NCBI GenBank assembly: GCA_964016885.1
Contig: OZ024745.1
Location: forward strand, 100,378,001-100,442,000
Length of the DNA: 64,000 nucleotides
Direction: 5' to 3'
Source: Eledone cirrhosa
Taxonomy: Eukaryota
A model generated the notes under the pieces. The model saw only the letters and a program-made list of their open reading frames with translations, was not told the origin of the DNA and made no database searches. Each line of letters opens with the position of its first letter. Position 1 is the first letter of the stretch. Shown one piece after another: positions 1 through 18,129 of this stretch. A program made the position numbers and the translations under genes.

Positions 1-27
1 ACTCTCTACCGATACTGCCAATCCACC

Positions 28-436
28 TAATAATAATGAAATTATTGTGAACAGTGCTCAGGTGCACTACAACTCGTCAAAGGTGCATGTATAGTACATA
101 GAATAATATACAAATGTCAAGGAAGTGAATAGTGTATGAGTCATGATATACATGTGTGTATGTGTATGGAGGGGGAACATTAGGTGTAGTGTTGGCGAAT
201 CTCAGGAAGCATGGAGGTTTTAAAGGAAGCAGTGTCTCGACAGCTAACAACTGATGCAGGTAGTTTGTTCCATGCTTCAGCAACTCTGAGCGTGAACAAA
301 TGTTTCCGAAAGTCATGGGGGCTGTGCTGTTTTTTGACTTTGTGGGCATGACAACGTATGTTAGACACAGGGAAATCAAAAAGGTACTCAGGGTTATTGG
401 CAAGATGGTTAATAATTTTTTGGGTGTTTAACAATG
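28..436 (-). mobile_element. 3' end of a CR1/L2-group LINE (ORF2 C-terminus, 3' UTR, short ATT tail)
   Basis: ORF 180..434 reads RCHAHKVKKQ...FRKHLFTLRVAEAWNKLPASVVSCRDTASFKTS, matching the RGH..K...FF..RV...WN.LP...SFK motif of CR1-group ORF2 ends. Confidence 0.8.
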
Positions 437-700
437 CGCCTGTAGATTGGAGAACATCTGAGAGAGCGGCGCACTTGCCCTAGCAGTCAAAGTTACCATG
501 GATTTTTGTGGGCTTTGTCTATGAGTGCCCCTCGGAGGTATCCCCACTTTTGGGGAATTTGTTGTTTTTATGTTAAATATTTATTTTTTAGTCTTCTTTA
601 TAACCCTTTCCCTCACAACGCCCCCCCCCCCCATTGTACTGTCCTGTACCGCCCTTATTGTCCTCTTAATGAAAGCCCTGTGTGGCTAATAAAGAAACCA
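437..700 (+). mobile_element. 3' end of an L1/Tx1 LINE
   Basis: Resembles the Tx1 3' UTR at 46978-47240 (gcacttgcc, tggggaattt, ggctaataaagaaa). Starts at the last ORF2 codons and ends in (ACT)n(AAT)n. Confidence 0.7.
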
Positions 701-750
701 TTACTACTACTACTACAACTACTACTACTACTAATAATAATAATAATAAT

Positions 751-1183
751 GGTTTCTTATATAGGCACAAGGCCAGCAATTTTGGGGAGGGGAAAGTCGA
801 TGAAATCGACCCTAGTGCGTTACTGGTACTTTATTTCATCGACTCCGTAAGGATGAAAGGCAAAGTTAATCTCGACGGGATTTGAACTCAGAACGCAAAG
901 GGCCGTAATTCTATGCTGCAAAGCTGGCGTCCGACCCCCTCCACCGATACTGCCAATAATAATAATGATAATAATGATAATAATGATTTCTATTACTATA
1001 GGCACAAGGCCAGCAATTTCGGGGAGCGGGGGGGGGGGGGGGGGTCGATAAAATCGACTCCAGTACGTTACTGGTACTTTATTTCATCGACCCCCATAAG
1101 GATGAAAGGCAAAGTTACCCTCGGCAGGATTTGAACTCAGAACGCAAAGGGCCGTAACTCTATGCTGCAAAGCATGGTGTCCG
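751..1183 (-). mobile_element. two tandem Nin-domain tRNA-derived SINEs (long subfamily)
   Basis: Copies at about 751-956 and 986-1183. The minus strand has B box GAGTTCAAATCC, the Nin-like core GCCTTTCATCCTTACGGGGTCGAT and tail GCTGGCCTTGTGCC; A box TGGCAGTATCGG is present in the first copy. Confidence 0.85.
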
Positions 1184-1319
1184 AAAGATAAATATTTATG
1201 ATAGATCACAGCATATATTTGAAGTATCAAAGGTAAATTAAGGTAGGTGTAACTTCGTTTTTGAATTAGAAGCTTCCGCCATGAAAAGTGTTAATACACT
1301 CATGAGTTCAACTGAGAGT

Positions 1320-2107
1320 GATAGAGTACCAGTATGATACTGAGGTCGGGTCGATTTACTCAAATTGCTGGCCTTGTGCCTAAATTAGAAACTTTCATAA
1401 TAATTGTTTCTACTTTTGGCACAAGGCCAGCAATCACCTAGTGCATTACTGGTACTTTATTTTATCGACCGCGTAAGGATGAAAGGCAAAGTTAATCTCG
1501 GCGGGATTTGGACTCAGAATGTAAAAGGCCATAACTCTATGCTGTAAAACAGAGTGTCTGACGCTCTACCGATACTGCCAATCAACCCACAATAATAGTT
1601 GTTTCTACTTTTGGTACAAGGTCATCAATTAGAAGGGAAGGGGGAAATCGATTAAATCGAACTCAGTGCATTATAATGAAAACAATAATAAAAATAATAT
1701 AATAATAATTATTATTTTCATAGTATCGGTAGAGAGTCGGACACCATGCTTTTCAGCATAGAGTTACGGCCCTTTACGGTCTGAGTTCAAATCCCGCCGA
1801 GGTTAACTATGCCTTTTATCCTTACGGGGGTCGATAAAATAAAGTATCAGTAATGTACTGAGTAATTGCTGGCCTTGTGCCAAATGTAGAAACAATTATT
1901 AGAAACATTGCTTCATTTTTACATATCTAAGCATTAGTAAAATAACTAATAATTTCAAAAGTAATTTTTCAATTCCAATTGTTATGAACAGCAAAACATT
2001 AATAATAATTTTATTTAATAAATATTTCATCCTTACGGGGTCGATAAAATAAAGTATCAGTAATGCACTGAGATAATTGCTGGCCTTGTGCCAAAAGTAG
2101 AAACAAT
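1320..2107. mobile_element. cluster of Nin-domain SINE copies in both orientations
   Basis: About 1320-1392 (+, partial), 1402-1580 (-), 1598-1672 (-, partial), 1720-1897 (+), 2025-2107 (+, partial); same core and tail as 751-956. Confidence 0.8.
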
Positions 2108-3053
2108 TATTATTTTCATCAGAAAGAACGTAGTTTAATATAATAATTTGAAGAGGATTTTCCCTACTTTTGCAAAATCTTGGTGCAATATAACAGCTAG
2201 AAAGTTTTAAACTCTTAATTGTGAAGCTACAAGCAATAATTATTTCGTTATAATCTCTCAAACATGCTTTCGTTATTTGTGTAACATATACAAGCACATA
2301 CACACACATGCAAACGCGAATGAATGTGTTTGTGTGTGTGTCAATAAGGTATGTGTGTTGCATGTTTAAGAGATAGGGACCAGTACCACTTGTATTCTCT
2401 CGTACACAGCTTTATTATTTGTGTAAGATATATACACACGTGTATATGCGATGTGTATGTGTGCGAAAGTAAAGGTATATGTTCATATACAGCTGCAGAG
2501 ATTGTTTGTATAGCTAATAAATCGATTAGATTGTATTTGTTAATCAAAAACAGGTATGTTTACAGAAAAAATTTATCGTTTTGTCAACGCCTGCACACTA
2601 GCACACGCACACACAAACACATTAAAACAATCATCATCATCATCATCATCTGTAGTTAAAGCACCACTAACTAGATCCTTAGACTCGCTTGTGCTACTGC
2701 ATCGCTACATTCCACAGAAATAACGACTCTTAATTTCCCAGTCCAGCTCTCACAACTGTAGTATAGGCCTCGTGGTTGTAATGGGTAGAAACAAGCATTT
2801 TTTTTTTTACATACCAGAATATGAAGAAAATGAGAGGTGTAAACAAACCGTCGCAACAGACGAGATTACACACTTATACTAATGTTAGACATGTTTCATA
2901 GAACCGTTTATTTCGTGTTATTCAGAAGCTGATGGCAAATTAACACTTTTTGTCGTTGTTTAACCCAAGGCCAAGTCTGATCAATTAGACCTATCATCAA
3001 AGATGATTCAGCTGTGACCATTCCATGATTTTATATACTAGGATTTACAGAGT

Positions 3054-3300
3054 CTAATGTAAACTTGATTTACACGGGCAAAGTATAATTTGATAGAATT
3101 CGGCTGCTATTTCTAGAAACCTTGTATTTATCGTTTGTGGTATAAGTATGAACGCATATATTTGGTAGCTTTTCGTAGTGTCACAATTTCTTAACATTAT
3201 GTTTAATCTGGATGAACATATATTATCTTTTCGCACTATTGAGTGCTTTGTAACGGCCTCAAACAATTCGATTGGTACCTGTTATGCTGCGTCTACAACT
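3054..3300 (-). mobile_element. decayed Penelope-like GIY-YIG C-terminal fragment
   Basis: Translation includes RNCDTTKSYQIYAF, resembling the H..C....F.I.PFY segment of some Penelope endonucleases. Lies next to a hammerhead-like island. Confidence 0.35.
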
Positions 3301-3398
3301 TCGATTTATATATATATATATATATATATAAATCGAAGGACGATATATATATATATATAAATCGAAGGACGATATGTTATGCCTTCATTACGTTTATT

Positions 3399-3489
3399 GA
3401 GTAATGACGCGCGTTTCGCTATTAATCAGCTCAAGGTTCGTTCTGTATCGATCTAGTCCGACTCTGGAATCAAAAGCTCGTCGGACCTC
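3399..3489 (-). ncRNA. hammerhead-like motif with long stem II (Penelope pLTR remnant)
   Basis: Minus strand: CCGACGA-gct(long insert)agc-GAAA-CGCGCG-TC. Stem I is weak. Confidence 0.5.
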
Positions 3490-3573
3490 TGCTTTGTTCT
3501 ACACTGGAAACTTACTTATTGGAAACTACGCATCACTCTGGTGAACCTACAGTAACTGGACGTTACGTTCACA

Positions 3574-3646
<73 letters not shown>

Positions 3647-3807
3647 TATACCCAAACTACACATCTATTTGTAAACACACATCTATTTGTAAAACACACA
3701 TCTATTTGTAAAACACACATCTATTTGTATATGCGCTACAATTTATATACATGTAATGTTTATCGCAATTCGACGTTTTTGTTTATATATCTTGGTTTAT
3801 ATTTGAT

Positions 3808-3908
3808 AATTGTTTCTACTTTAGGCACAAGGCCAGCAATTACTCAGTGCATTACTGGTACTTTATTTTATCGACCCCATAAAGATGAAAGGCAAAGTCA
3901 ACCTCGGT
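3808..3908 (-). mobile_element. Nin-domain SINE, 3' half
   Basis: ggcacaaggccagcaat...ggtactttattttatcgacccc...gatgaaaggcaaagtcaacctcgg. Confidence 0.8.
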
Positions 3909-4006
3909 TTATATTTTGATAATAACAGCTAAACTAATCACTACAACTAAATTGACAAATTCACCCATCCGCAATTAAAAAATGATCCCACTGCCGCCTC
4001 TGTATG

Positions 4007-4018
<12 letters not shown>

Positions 4019-4083
<65 letters not shown>

Positions 4084-4364
4084 GTGTGTGCGTGTGTGTG
4101 TACGTGCGCGTGTGTGTACGTGCGCGTGTGTGTACGTGTGTGTGTACGTGTGTGTGTGTGTGTGGGTGTACGTGTGTGTGTACGTGTGTGTGTACGTGTG
4201 TGTGTGTACGTGTGTACGTGTGTGTGTGTGTGTGTGTATGTGTGTGTGATTCAATTCAAATATATCAAAATATTAAAGTTTTAAAAATGTTGATTCCGCT
4301 GTGTACGTGTGTGCATGCGTGTGTGTGTACGTGCGTGTGTGTGTACGTGCGTGTGTGTGTGTGT

Positions 4365-4399
<35 letters not shown>

Positions 4400-4948
4400 T
4401 GTGTGTGTGTGTATGCGTGCGTGAGTGTGTGTGTACGTGTGTGTGTGTGTGTGTGTGTGTACGTGTGTATGTGTGTGTGTGTGTGTGTGTGTGTACGCGT
4501 GTGTGCGTGTGTGTGTGTGATTCAATTCAAATATATCAAAATATTAAAGTTTTAAAAATGTTGATTCCGCTGTGTACGTGTGTGCATGCGTGTGTGTGTA
4601 CGTGCGTGTGTGTACGTGCGTGTGTGTGTGTGTACGTGCGTGTGTGTGTGTGTGTACGTGTGTGTGTGTGTGTGGGTGTACGTGTGTGTGTACGTGTGTG
4701 TGTGTGTGTGTACGTGTGTATGTGTGTGTGTGTGTGTGTGTGTGTACGCGTGTGTGCGTGTGTGTGTGTGTGATTCAATTCAAATATATCAAAATATTAA
4801 AGTTTTAAAAATGTTGATTCCGCTGTGTACGTGTGTGCATGCGTGTGTGTGTACGTGCGTGTGTGTGTACGTGCGTGTGTGTGTGTGTACGTGTGTGTGT
4901 GTGTGTGGGTGTACGTGTGTGTGTACGTGTGTGTGTGTGTGTGTACGT

Positions 4949-4985
<37 letters not shown>

Positions 4986-5121
4986 CGTGTGTGCGTGTGT
5001 GTGTGTGATTCAATTCAAATATATCAAAATATTAAAGTTTTAAAAATGTTGATTCCGCTGTGTACGTGTGTGCATGCGTGTGTGTGTACGTGCGTGTGTG
5101 TGTACGTGCGTGTGTGTGTGT

Positions 5122-5166
<45 letters not shown>

Positions 5167-5360
5167 TGTGTGTATGCGTGCGTGAGTGTGTGTGTGTGTG
5201 TGTGTGTGTGCGTGTGTGTGTGTGATTCAATTCAAATATATCAAAATATTAAAGTTTTAAAAATGTTGATTCCGCTGTGTACGCGTGTGTTTGTATGTGT
5301 GCGTGTGAGCGTTGCATGTCACGCCGTTTCCGCGCGCTTGTGTACGAGTGTGTGTGTGTA
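4019..5360. repeat. composite tandem repeat: degenerate (TG)n with five identical ~54-bp AT-rich inserts
   Basis: gattcaattcaaatatatcaaaatattaaagttttaaaaatgttgattccgctg starts at 4248, 4519, 4772, 5007 and 5224. Confidence 0.95.
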
Positions 5361-5489
5361 TACATACATACAACTTTTCCTGTTATTTCAAGCGTTAAAC
5401 TAATATATTAGTACAGTGTAGTGTCGTTTACTTTGTTATTTCAGTTTACTTTTTATATACATACAGACACAGACACACACACACACACA

Positions 5490-5542
<53 letters not shown>

Positions 5543-5611
5543 TCACACACACATAATATATATTTATATATACCTATATATATATATATATATATATATA
5601 AACATACATCG

Positions 5612-5658
<47 letters not shown>

Positions 5659-5749
5659 TACATATAAATATATACATACATAGATACATGTATATATATA
5701 TATATACAAATATGTATATATATAAACATACATAGATACACATATATCC

Positions 5750-5796
<47 letters not shown>

Positions 5797-5883
5797 GATA
5801 CACATATATATATATATCCAATTATATATATGTATATATATATATATATCCAATTATATACATATATATATATATATATATCC

Positions 5884-5935
<52 letters not shown>

Positions 5936-6003
5936 AATTATATATACTTTAATGGTTTGAACTGTTCCAGCCATATATGTTTATATACATATATATACAT
6001 ACA

Positions 6004-6275
6004 GTGAAGGCGCATGGCTTAGTGGTTAGAGCATTGGGCTTGCAACCGAAAGGTTGTAAGTTCAATTCTCGGACCGGTTGAAGTGTTGTTTCCTTGAGCA
6101 AGACACTTTATTTCACGTTGCTCCAGTTTTACTCAGCTGCAGAAATGAGTACCGGCCAGCCCGCCCAGCCAGTGGGATGGCGTTATCTTATGGCTAAAAC
6201 AGCACGACGTGCTGTGACCAGCTGTGCCGATTGCCGCCCGACTGACTGGTCGGTGAAGGTGATCAAGGTGATATA
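6004..6275 (+). mobile_element. second tRNA-derived SINE family (V/Meta-like central domain)
   Basis: A box TGGCTTAGTGGTTAGAGC, B box AGTTCAATTCTC, then ccttgagcaagacacttta...ctccagt...ctcagctg...aaatgagta. Other copies at about 17580-17695 (+) and 20200-20370 (-). Confidence 0.75.
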
Positions 6276-6321
6276 CATACGAACATATATATATATACAC
6301 ACATACATAAATATATATATA

Positions 6322-6355
<34 letters not shown>

Positions 6356-6432
6356 AACACGCATATAAATATATGTATCTATATGTGTAGACACACATAT
6401 ATATGAAGCAAAATATATATATGCATATGAAT

Positions 6433-6468
<36 letters not shown>

Positions 6469-6686
6469 CCCTATGTATTACATGCATATTACATGCATGC
6501 ATATATATACATATATATTTATGTATTCATATATATTACACGCATGCAAATATATATCCATATTTATATAAATTACATGCATACATATATATATATAACC
6601 ACATAGATATATGTATCCATATATATATACATATATATATATTCATATATATATATATATATGTATATATATTCATATATATATTC

Positions 6687-6722
<36 letters not shown>

Positions 6723-6857
6723 TCATATATATCTACTAAAGCAGGGTAGAGCGGACGTAAAATGATGATGATGATGATATATATATATATATATATGGTA
6801 TATATATACTTATATACAATATTAAATAAATGGAAACTATATTTATAAAACCATATT

Positions 6858-6923
6858 TATTTCATTATATATATTTCAGGGATATCATATTAACAATATG
6901 CTATGCCTTCCTCAGACAAAATA
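6858..6923 (-). ncRNA. type I hammerhead ribozyme motif in a solo pLTR-like island (about 6817-7075)
   Basis: Minus strand: tattttgt-CTGAGGA-agg..catatt gtt aatatg..cct-GAAA-TATATA-TA-atgaaata. Stem I forms 8 bp with two GU pairs. Homologous to 35630-36060. Confidence 0.7.
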
Positions 6924-7208
6924 CAATATAAACAGTTTTATAGATAAATAGATTCGACATACCGTAACAACATCGACTTGTATTTGAAAAGGTTGATTTG
7001 GCACTTGTCGAGTGCTTTTATATCAGTTATAAATATTTACTAGTTGTAACCCAACAATTTAAATATAACTTTCCATATATACTTATATATATATATATTA
7101 TATATATACTTATATATATATACTTATATATATACTTATATATATAAGTATATATATATAAGTATATATAAGCATATATATATATATATAAGCATATATA
7201 TATATATA

Positions 7209-7389
7209 ATAATTGTTTCTACTTTTGGCACAAGGCCAGCAAATTACCCAGTGCATTGCTGGTACTTTATTTTATCGACCCCGTAAGGATGAAAGGCAAA
7301 GTCAACCTCGGCGGGATTTGAACTCAGTTCGTAAAGGGACGTAACTATGCTGGAAAGCATGGCGTCCGACCCTCTACCGATACTGCCAA
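7209..7389 (-). mobile_element. full-length Nin-domain SINE (short subfamily)
   Basis: A box, B box, Nin core and tail all present. Confidence 0.9.
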
Positions 7390-7399
7390 TTCATAGTAA

Positions 7400-11920
<4,521 letters not shown>

Positions 11921-12130
11921 GGACCGAGTAGGAACCCGACGGCTGAGCTCAAGCCGTTTCGACGGCTAATTCTGGACTACAATAGTAAATGTCCAGAATT
12001 AGCCGTCGAAACGGCTTGAGCTCAGCCGTTGGGGTCCTACTCGTTCGTATTACCCACTCTACTACCCTAAGTACTGAGTACTTTGGTGCGTTAGGGTCCA
12101 CCTGGTTCCTTACCACATTTCCTTCGTTAT
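11921..12130. repeat. GC-rich hairpin element (53-bp arms plus asymmetric tail), family unassigned
   Basis: Arms 11925-11977 and 11991-12043 are near-perfect reverse complements. Relatives at 29083-29243 and 35288-35380. Confidence 0.8.
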
Positions 12131-12789
12131 ATACATACATATATATATATAGAGAGAGATACATATATACACATACATATATATATATACATATATATAT
12201 ACATATATATCTATATAAATATCTATATGTATACGTATGTTATATAGATATATAGATGTAAGAACCTATGGAGAAAAAGATGATTATTAGGAAGAAAAAT
12301 ATTTTTTTTTTCTTTTATTTTTCACTTTTTTCTGGGTTAGAAAATGTTTAAAACAAAATATTTTAATTTGTTTGAAGTTTTTGGGTATTAGTTAATTACA
12401 TACATATGCTGGGCTGTTGCAATTGGGGGCCGGGAGGTCAGGGCCCCTCTAATAATTATATCTCCTCCCCCAAACGACCAAAACCCATATATTTGTATTT
12501 GGGCTACAATTTATGTACATGTTATGTTTATCACATATCGAAGTTGTTTTTATATGTTGGTTGATATTTGATAATAACAGCTAAACTAATCACTGCGTGG
12601 ATCAAATTTGGCCCATCCATTCCAGAAATGCTTATACCGCCCCTGATTAATAAATACATACATACATACATACATACATACATACATACATACATACATA
12701 GATACTTGAACCTAAACATCGAGTGCTCACCCGGGTAAACCTACAGTAACTCCGCGTTACACTCCCTGGATATATACATATATATATAT

Positions 12790-12832
<43 letters not shown>

Positions 12833-12858
12833 TATACACACACACATATATACACATA

Positions 12859-12897
<39 letters not shown>

Positions 12898-13246
12898 GCG
12901 CGGTCGGGATTTTACATATCTCTACACCCTCTCTGCATCTCCCATTGCATTGAGTATTCCCATGATTAGTCCTGTCAATGGTCTCATCACCGCAGAACCT
13001 ATATTTGCACCCACACATCTATGTATATACATATATATATATATATATACATACACACACAACACACACACATATATATATATATTCATGCATCCATACA
13101 CATACATACATTCATGCATTCATAAACATACACATATGCATTTATACCCATATATACATACGTATACATATGCATACATACATATATACATGTATACATA
13201 CATACGTACATGTGTGTGTGTGTGTGTGTGCGTGTGCGTGTGTGCG

Positions 13247-13289
<43 letters not shown>

Positions 13290-14179
13290 AATATCATTTG
13301 TTTCTGATGTATGTGCGAATGTTTTTTTATGTTTATATTTTAAGTTCCAAGCGCATTTGTGAAGCGACTAAATATTTCTCTCATAATTATTAAACTTTCC
13401 ATGTTTTAACTGAAATTAATCCTTTGTTTAATTACTAAAACAAGGTGATTATAAAAAATGAAAATCTCAAAGTACACTATTTTCAGCTGAATGCTGTAAC
13501 TTATTTCGGATTTGTATACGCTTTTCTAATTACACCTAAATATCCTCCCTTTCTCACCAGGTATAAAAAGGAATCAGTTTAAAGCCCTTTTATGAGAAAT
13601 AAAACATAAATTCTATTAAGAAGAGTGATTATTGTTGTCAATGTTATTTCTTAATAGTTCTTCATTTCTGAAAAAAAACTTTTAGTTTGTAGATAGAGAG
13701 ATATATCGCTATACATGTTATATCTATCAGCGAAAGTGTTCGATTTACATTCAACTCGTAAAAAAATATCTAGTTTATCAACTTTGACTATATCTCTTCT
13801 ATAATGAATATAGACACACACATACATTAATAGAGTGTATACAACACATTTTATATAGAAATTGCTTCTACAAGACTAGAACTGTTTCATCCTTCGAATG
13901 AAACTGTTATATATATATATATATGTATATTTGTTTATATATATATTTGTTTATATATATATATATATTTGTTTATATATATATATATTTGTTTATATAT
14001 ATATATATTTGTTTATATATATATATATATATTTATTGATATATATACATATATATATATTTGTTTATATATATATATATTTGTTGATATATATATATAC
14101 ATTTATATATATATTTGTTGATATATATATATAAACAAATATATATATATATATATATATTTGTTTATATATATATATA

Positions 14180-14327
14180 TAGAAAAAAAGATGAAATCGA
14201 AAATGCAACTGGAGTCTTGTTTTTAAAAAATATATATATATTTATTTGGTTCCTTTACCGGTTTCGCAGTTCTGCTTTTCAAAAGTAGAGTTGAGATGGA
14301 GAGTCTGTGGTTTTTCTCACATCTGAG

Positions 14328-14330
<3 letters not shown>
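14180..14330 (-). mobile_element. pLTR-like island with a variant hammerhead core
   Basis: Minus strand 14252-14285: TTGAAAA-gca gaac tgc-GAAA-CCGG-TA. Second copy at 35086-35250. Confidence 0.55.
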
Positions 14331-14370
<40 letters not shown>

Positions 14371-14755
14371 TGTATATATATATATATATTTGTTTATATA
14401 TATATATATTTGTTTATATATATATATATATTTGTTTATATATATATATTTGTTTATATATATATATATTTGTTTATATATATATATTTGTTTATATATA
14501 TATATATATTTGTTTATATATATATATATATATATTTGTTTATATATATATATATTTTTGTTTATATATATATGTGTTTATATATATATATATTTTTGTT
14601 TATATATATATATATATATATATTTGTTTATATATATATATATTTGTTTTTATATATATAGATATATGTTTATATATATATATATATTTATACACACACA
14701 CACACACACAAACATCTGAATCTTTGAATGTGTGTATATAGCAACATTTAAAATT

Positions 14756-14814
<59 letters not shown>

Positions 14815-14835
14815 TATACACACACACACAGACAT

Positions 14836-14889
<54 letters not shown>

Positions 14890-14965
14890 TGTTAAACATC
14901 TGAGCAATAATAAAACAATATATAATAACATTTAAAGAAGCATTTCATTTCTTTTCGCCACTTAC

Positions 14966-15223
14966 CTTGATAAATGTTTCTTTTACTTTTACTTCAACGT
15001 ACTCCTCCACTCGTTTTTCATAATCCGTGCATTGTTTCTCGAGTTGATCAACTCTTGTTTGTAGAGATGCTAACGTACTGATGTAGCTCCAGGACAGGCC
15101 GACCAGAATAACAAGTAATGTTAGTATTATACACGCAGATACCCATTGAACAAGTTTTCGAAACAGCAATCGATCACGTTCACTTTGATTGCTGTCGGAA
15201 GAAGAGACGCAACGTTTCTCCAT
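14966..15223 (-). CDS. first coding exon of a type II single-pass membrane protein (TM followed by a coiled-coil; transmembrane-collagen/gliomedin/TNF-ligand-like architecture)
   Basis: 86 codons from ATG to a consensus phase-0 donor AAG|GTAAGT. Short cytoplasmic tail, hydrophobic WVSACIILTLLVILVGLSWSYI, heptad LQTRVDQLEKQC. Non-repetitive context. Confidence 0.7.
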
Positions 15224-15884
15224 GCTGGAGAGAAAATCCTTTTACTTTACCTTGGCATAAGCAGGCAGCCTGGTGTTATAAGACATTCATGAATAGTGTT
15301 TAGAGTTTGACAGTTACACTCTTACGTAGCTTCTATAGTGTGCGGAGCACTTCACTCTCGCCCTCTCTCTCCATCAAGTAGTGAATGCCGGCTGCAATCG
15401 GGCGAACCGATTTTCTTCGCCGGTAAAGGGGTGTAAAGGATGAAATGACTGTTGGCGCCTGCATAGCTTTACTTCGTAAGCCCTATCAATAATTTTATCT
15501 ATTTCCCTTCGCATTAATTAATGGGCTCTACCTTTACTTCAAGTGGGAAATCTGAACGTTTTGTTGACGTTTTAATAGAAAATTAGACGTAAATAAAAAA
15601 AGTAGAATAGCAAAGTTGAGAAATAAGAGAAGTCATAAAACTGCTTGATTCTTGTGAGGAATTTAAAGTTAGCTAAAACAAAAAAGAAAAAAAGTTATTC
15701 ATTGTAAGTTTAATGCCAAAACGTCTGCCCCGACAATGAATTAATTTTCTTTTCCTTTTTAAATAAAAAAATAAGTTTTTTTTTTTATAATATCAAATAT
15801 TCGAAATATTTAATTGAGAGGATTTCACTTCAGACACTGGTAGATTGAAACTTTACAGCACCAATATATATATATATATATATG

Positions 15885-15915
<31 letters not shown>

Positions 15916-15938
15916 ACACTCACTCGCCACACACACAC

Positions 15939-16031
<93 letters not shown>

Positions 16032-16411
16032 AAATATTAAACAAATAATGAATAAACAATTCCTTATATTAAACAAAAAATATATAAGCGTACTATATAT
16101 ATATATATACTTATATAGTACGCTTATATATTAATATATATATATATATATATGTATGTATAGTACACCCGCCACACAAGTATATAAGTATGTACATATG
16201 TATACACACACACGCACACGCACATGCACACACACACACACTCACACATATATATATGACAGTAAAATCTCCCTGAAATCACTTCCCATTATTTTAAAAC
16301 AGGGAAGGTCACATTAAATCAGACATGCTGTCCAAAACATATCGTATCAACCCCAGGGTTTACGGTGGAGCCGTGGCACCAAAACCTGCAATTTGTAAAA
16401 GAAATAAAAAT

Positions 16412-16619
16412 AATTGTTTTTAATTTTGGCACAAGGCCAGCAATTTAAAGGGAAGGTGAAAGTCGATTAAATCGATCTAAATGAGTTACTGGTATTTTAT
16501 TTTATCGATTCTGTATGGATGAAAGGCAAAATTATTCTCAGCGAGATCTGAATTCGGAATGTAAAGGGATGTAACTATATATCACAAAACATGTCTTTCG
16601 ACGCTCTACCGATTCTGCA
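16412..16619 (-). mobile_element. diverged Nin-domain SINE (long subfamily)
   Basis: Same layout as 751-956 with many substitutions. Confidence 0.8.
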
Positions 16620-17117
16620 AAATAACACCGTCCTTATACACAACGGCATCCCCATTCTGTCCGCCGGAGCTGTGGGGAGGCCAGCACGTGGGACCCTATT
16701 TGATCACCATACAGAGAGATGGGGAGGGCGAGAGAGATGGAGGCGATGACAGTTGGAGTTCGGCTCTTCTACGTTCGGACCATATCTTTGTGGTTGTGTT
16801 TATTATCCATAGAACAGCTAAAATGTTGCTGGTCTCTACCCGGCTATTTAAAGGGACACATATATATTTAAACATAAGCATAGATACATAAATGAGTGTA
16901 GGCTCCCTTCAACGGTGTGGCTCAATGAGTACAAGACATAAAATACTACCAGCTATTAGACACTGATTGATTTATAATAAGTTTTTACTATCTATTTATT
17001 TATTATTCTATGATGGGATGGCGATGCTTTGCTTTAAAAAGTTTGGGGAACTCTACTTTAGATGATGCTGTCTTACAAGATTGTTCTAAAAGGACGGCAG
17101 AGACACGACTTTTGATC

Positions 17118-17300
17118 ATAATTGTTTCTACCTTTTGGCACAAGGCCAGCAATTATCCAGCGCATTACTGGTACTTTATTTTATCGACCCCGTAAGGATG
17201 AAAGGCAAAGTTAACCTCGGCGGGATTTGAACTCAGAATGGCAAGGGCCGTAACTCTATGCGTCAAAGCATGCCGTCCGACCCTCTACCGATACTGCCAA
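17118..17300 (-). mobile_element. full-length Nin-domain SINE
   Basis: Nearly identical to 39955-40135. Confidence 0.9.
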
Positions 17301-17339
17301 TGCTGTCTGTCCAGTCAGGTGTGACATGGAGCTAAACAA

Positions 17340-17578
17340 CAACACCGTTAGTTTATTAACTGTTTGGCACGTGGTGTGAGTAGGTTATGCCTGGATGGAA
17401 GTTTGGCTGGTAAGAGAAGTAGAGGCCGACAGGCAAAACGATGGTTTGATAATGTCAACCTATGGACTGGATTTGATCTTTGCTCTTTAAACTCTGCTGT
17501 GGAACTTTGCGGAGAAAAATATCTCATGTTGATGCGCAGTCTGCAACTGGTGGAGTTTAGCATCAAGTAAGTAAGTAG
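17340..17578 (+). mobile_element. RTE-group LINE 3' fragment with (TAAG)n tail
   Basis: GSLAGKRSRGRQAKRWFDNVNLWTG matches the G.R.RGR...RW.D motif of RTE C-termini. Confidence 0.7.
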
Positions 17579-18129
17579 TAGTGGCCTAGTGGTTAATGTG
17601 TTAGAATTGCAGTCGTAATGTCATGGGTTCGATTGTTGGACCAGGTGGTATGTTGTGTTCTAGAGTAATACACTTTATTTCCCGTTTCTCCAGCTTAAAA
17701 AGGTAACATTTTTTATGTAATCAATTATACATAAACATATTATTTCAACTATATTTTACAAAAAGAAGTTATACAATGATGGAAGTATGAACAAAAAAAA
17801 TTAAGTAATGTAAAGAGGAGAGAAGGGCAGATCTGGGTGTAGAGGGAAGGTCTATAAATGAATCCCAGCAGTAGCAAATCACATGGTCATTCGTAACCGA
17901 AGGGGGTCTTCGAAACAGGAGTCCACCAGTCAAACACGCAGACCTACATCATAACAACTGTACAAGGGTGTGTCACTGAAAAACGTTCTAAATGTTTTTT
18001 AATTATAATTCATGGAACGTAAATGTAAAACAAAAAAGAAAACGTGTGTATTATTGCTGTCGTTATTGTTGAGGGTGGGTTAAATGTTCTCAAAACCTTT
18101 CATTCATACCCCCATTTGGCGGACGAACG

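Noticed and set aside
4248-5280. CRISPR-like repeat/spacer pattern
   Set aside because: The spacers are long related TG repeats, there are no cas genes, and the context is eukaryotic.
6004-6075. tRNA genes at A/B-box sites
   Set aside because: No full cloverleaf; each continues into a SINE body.
12900-13020. Possible second host exon (also 2671-2856 and 30716-30913)
   Set aside because: No compatible splice-site pair or recognisable protein motif.
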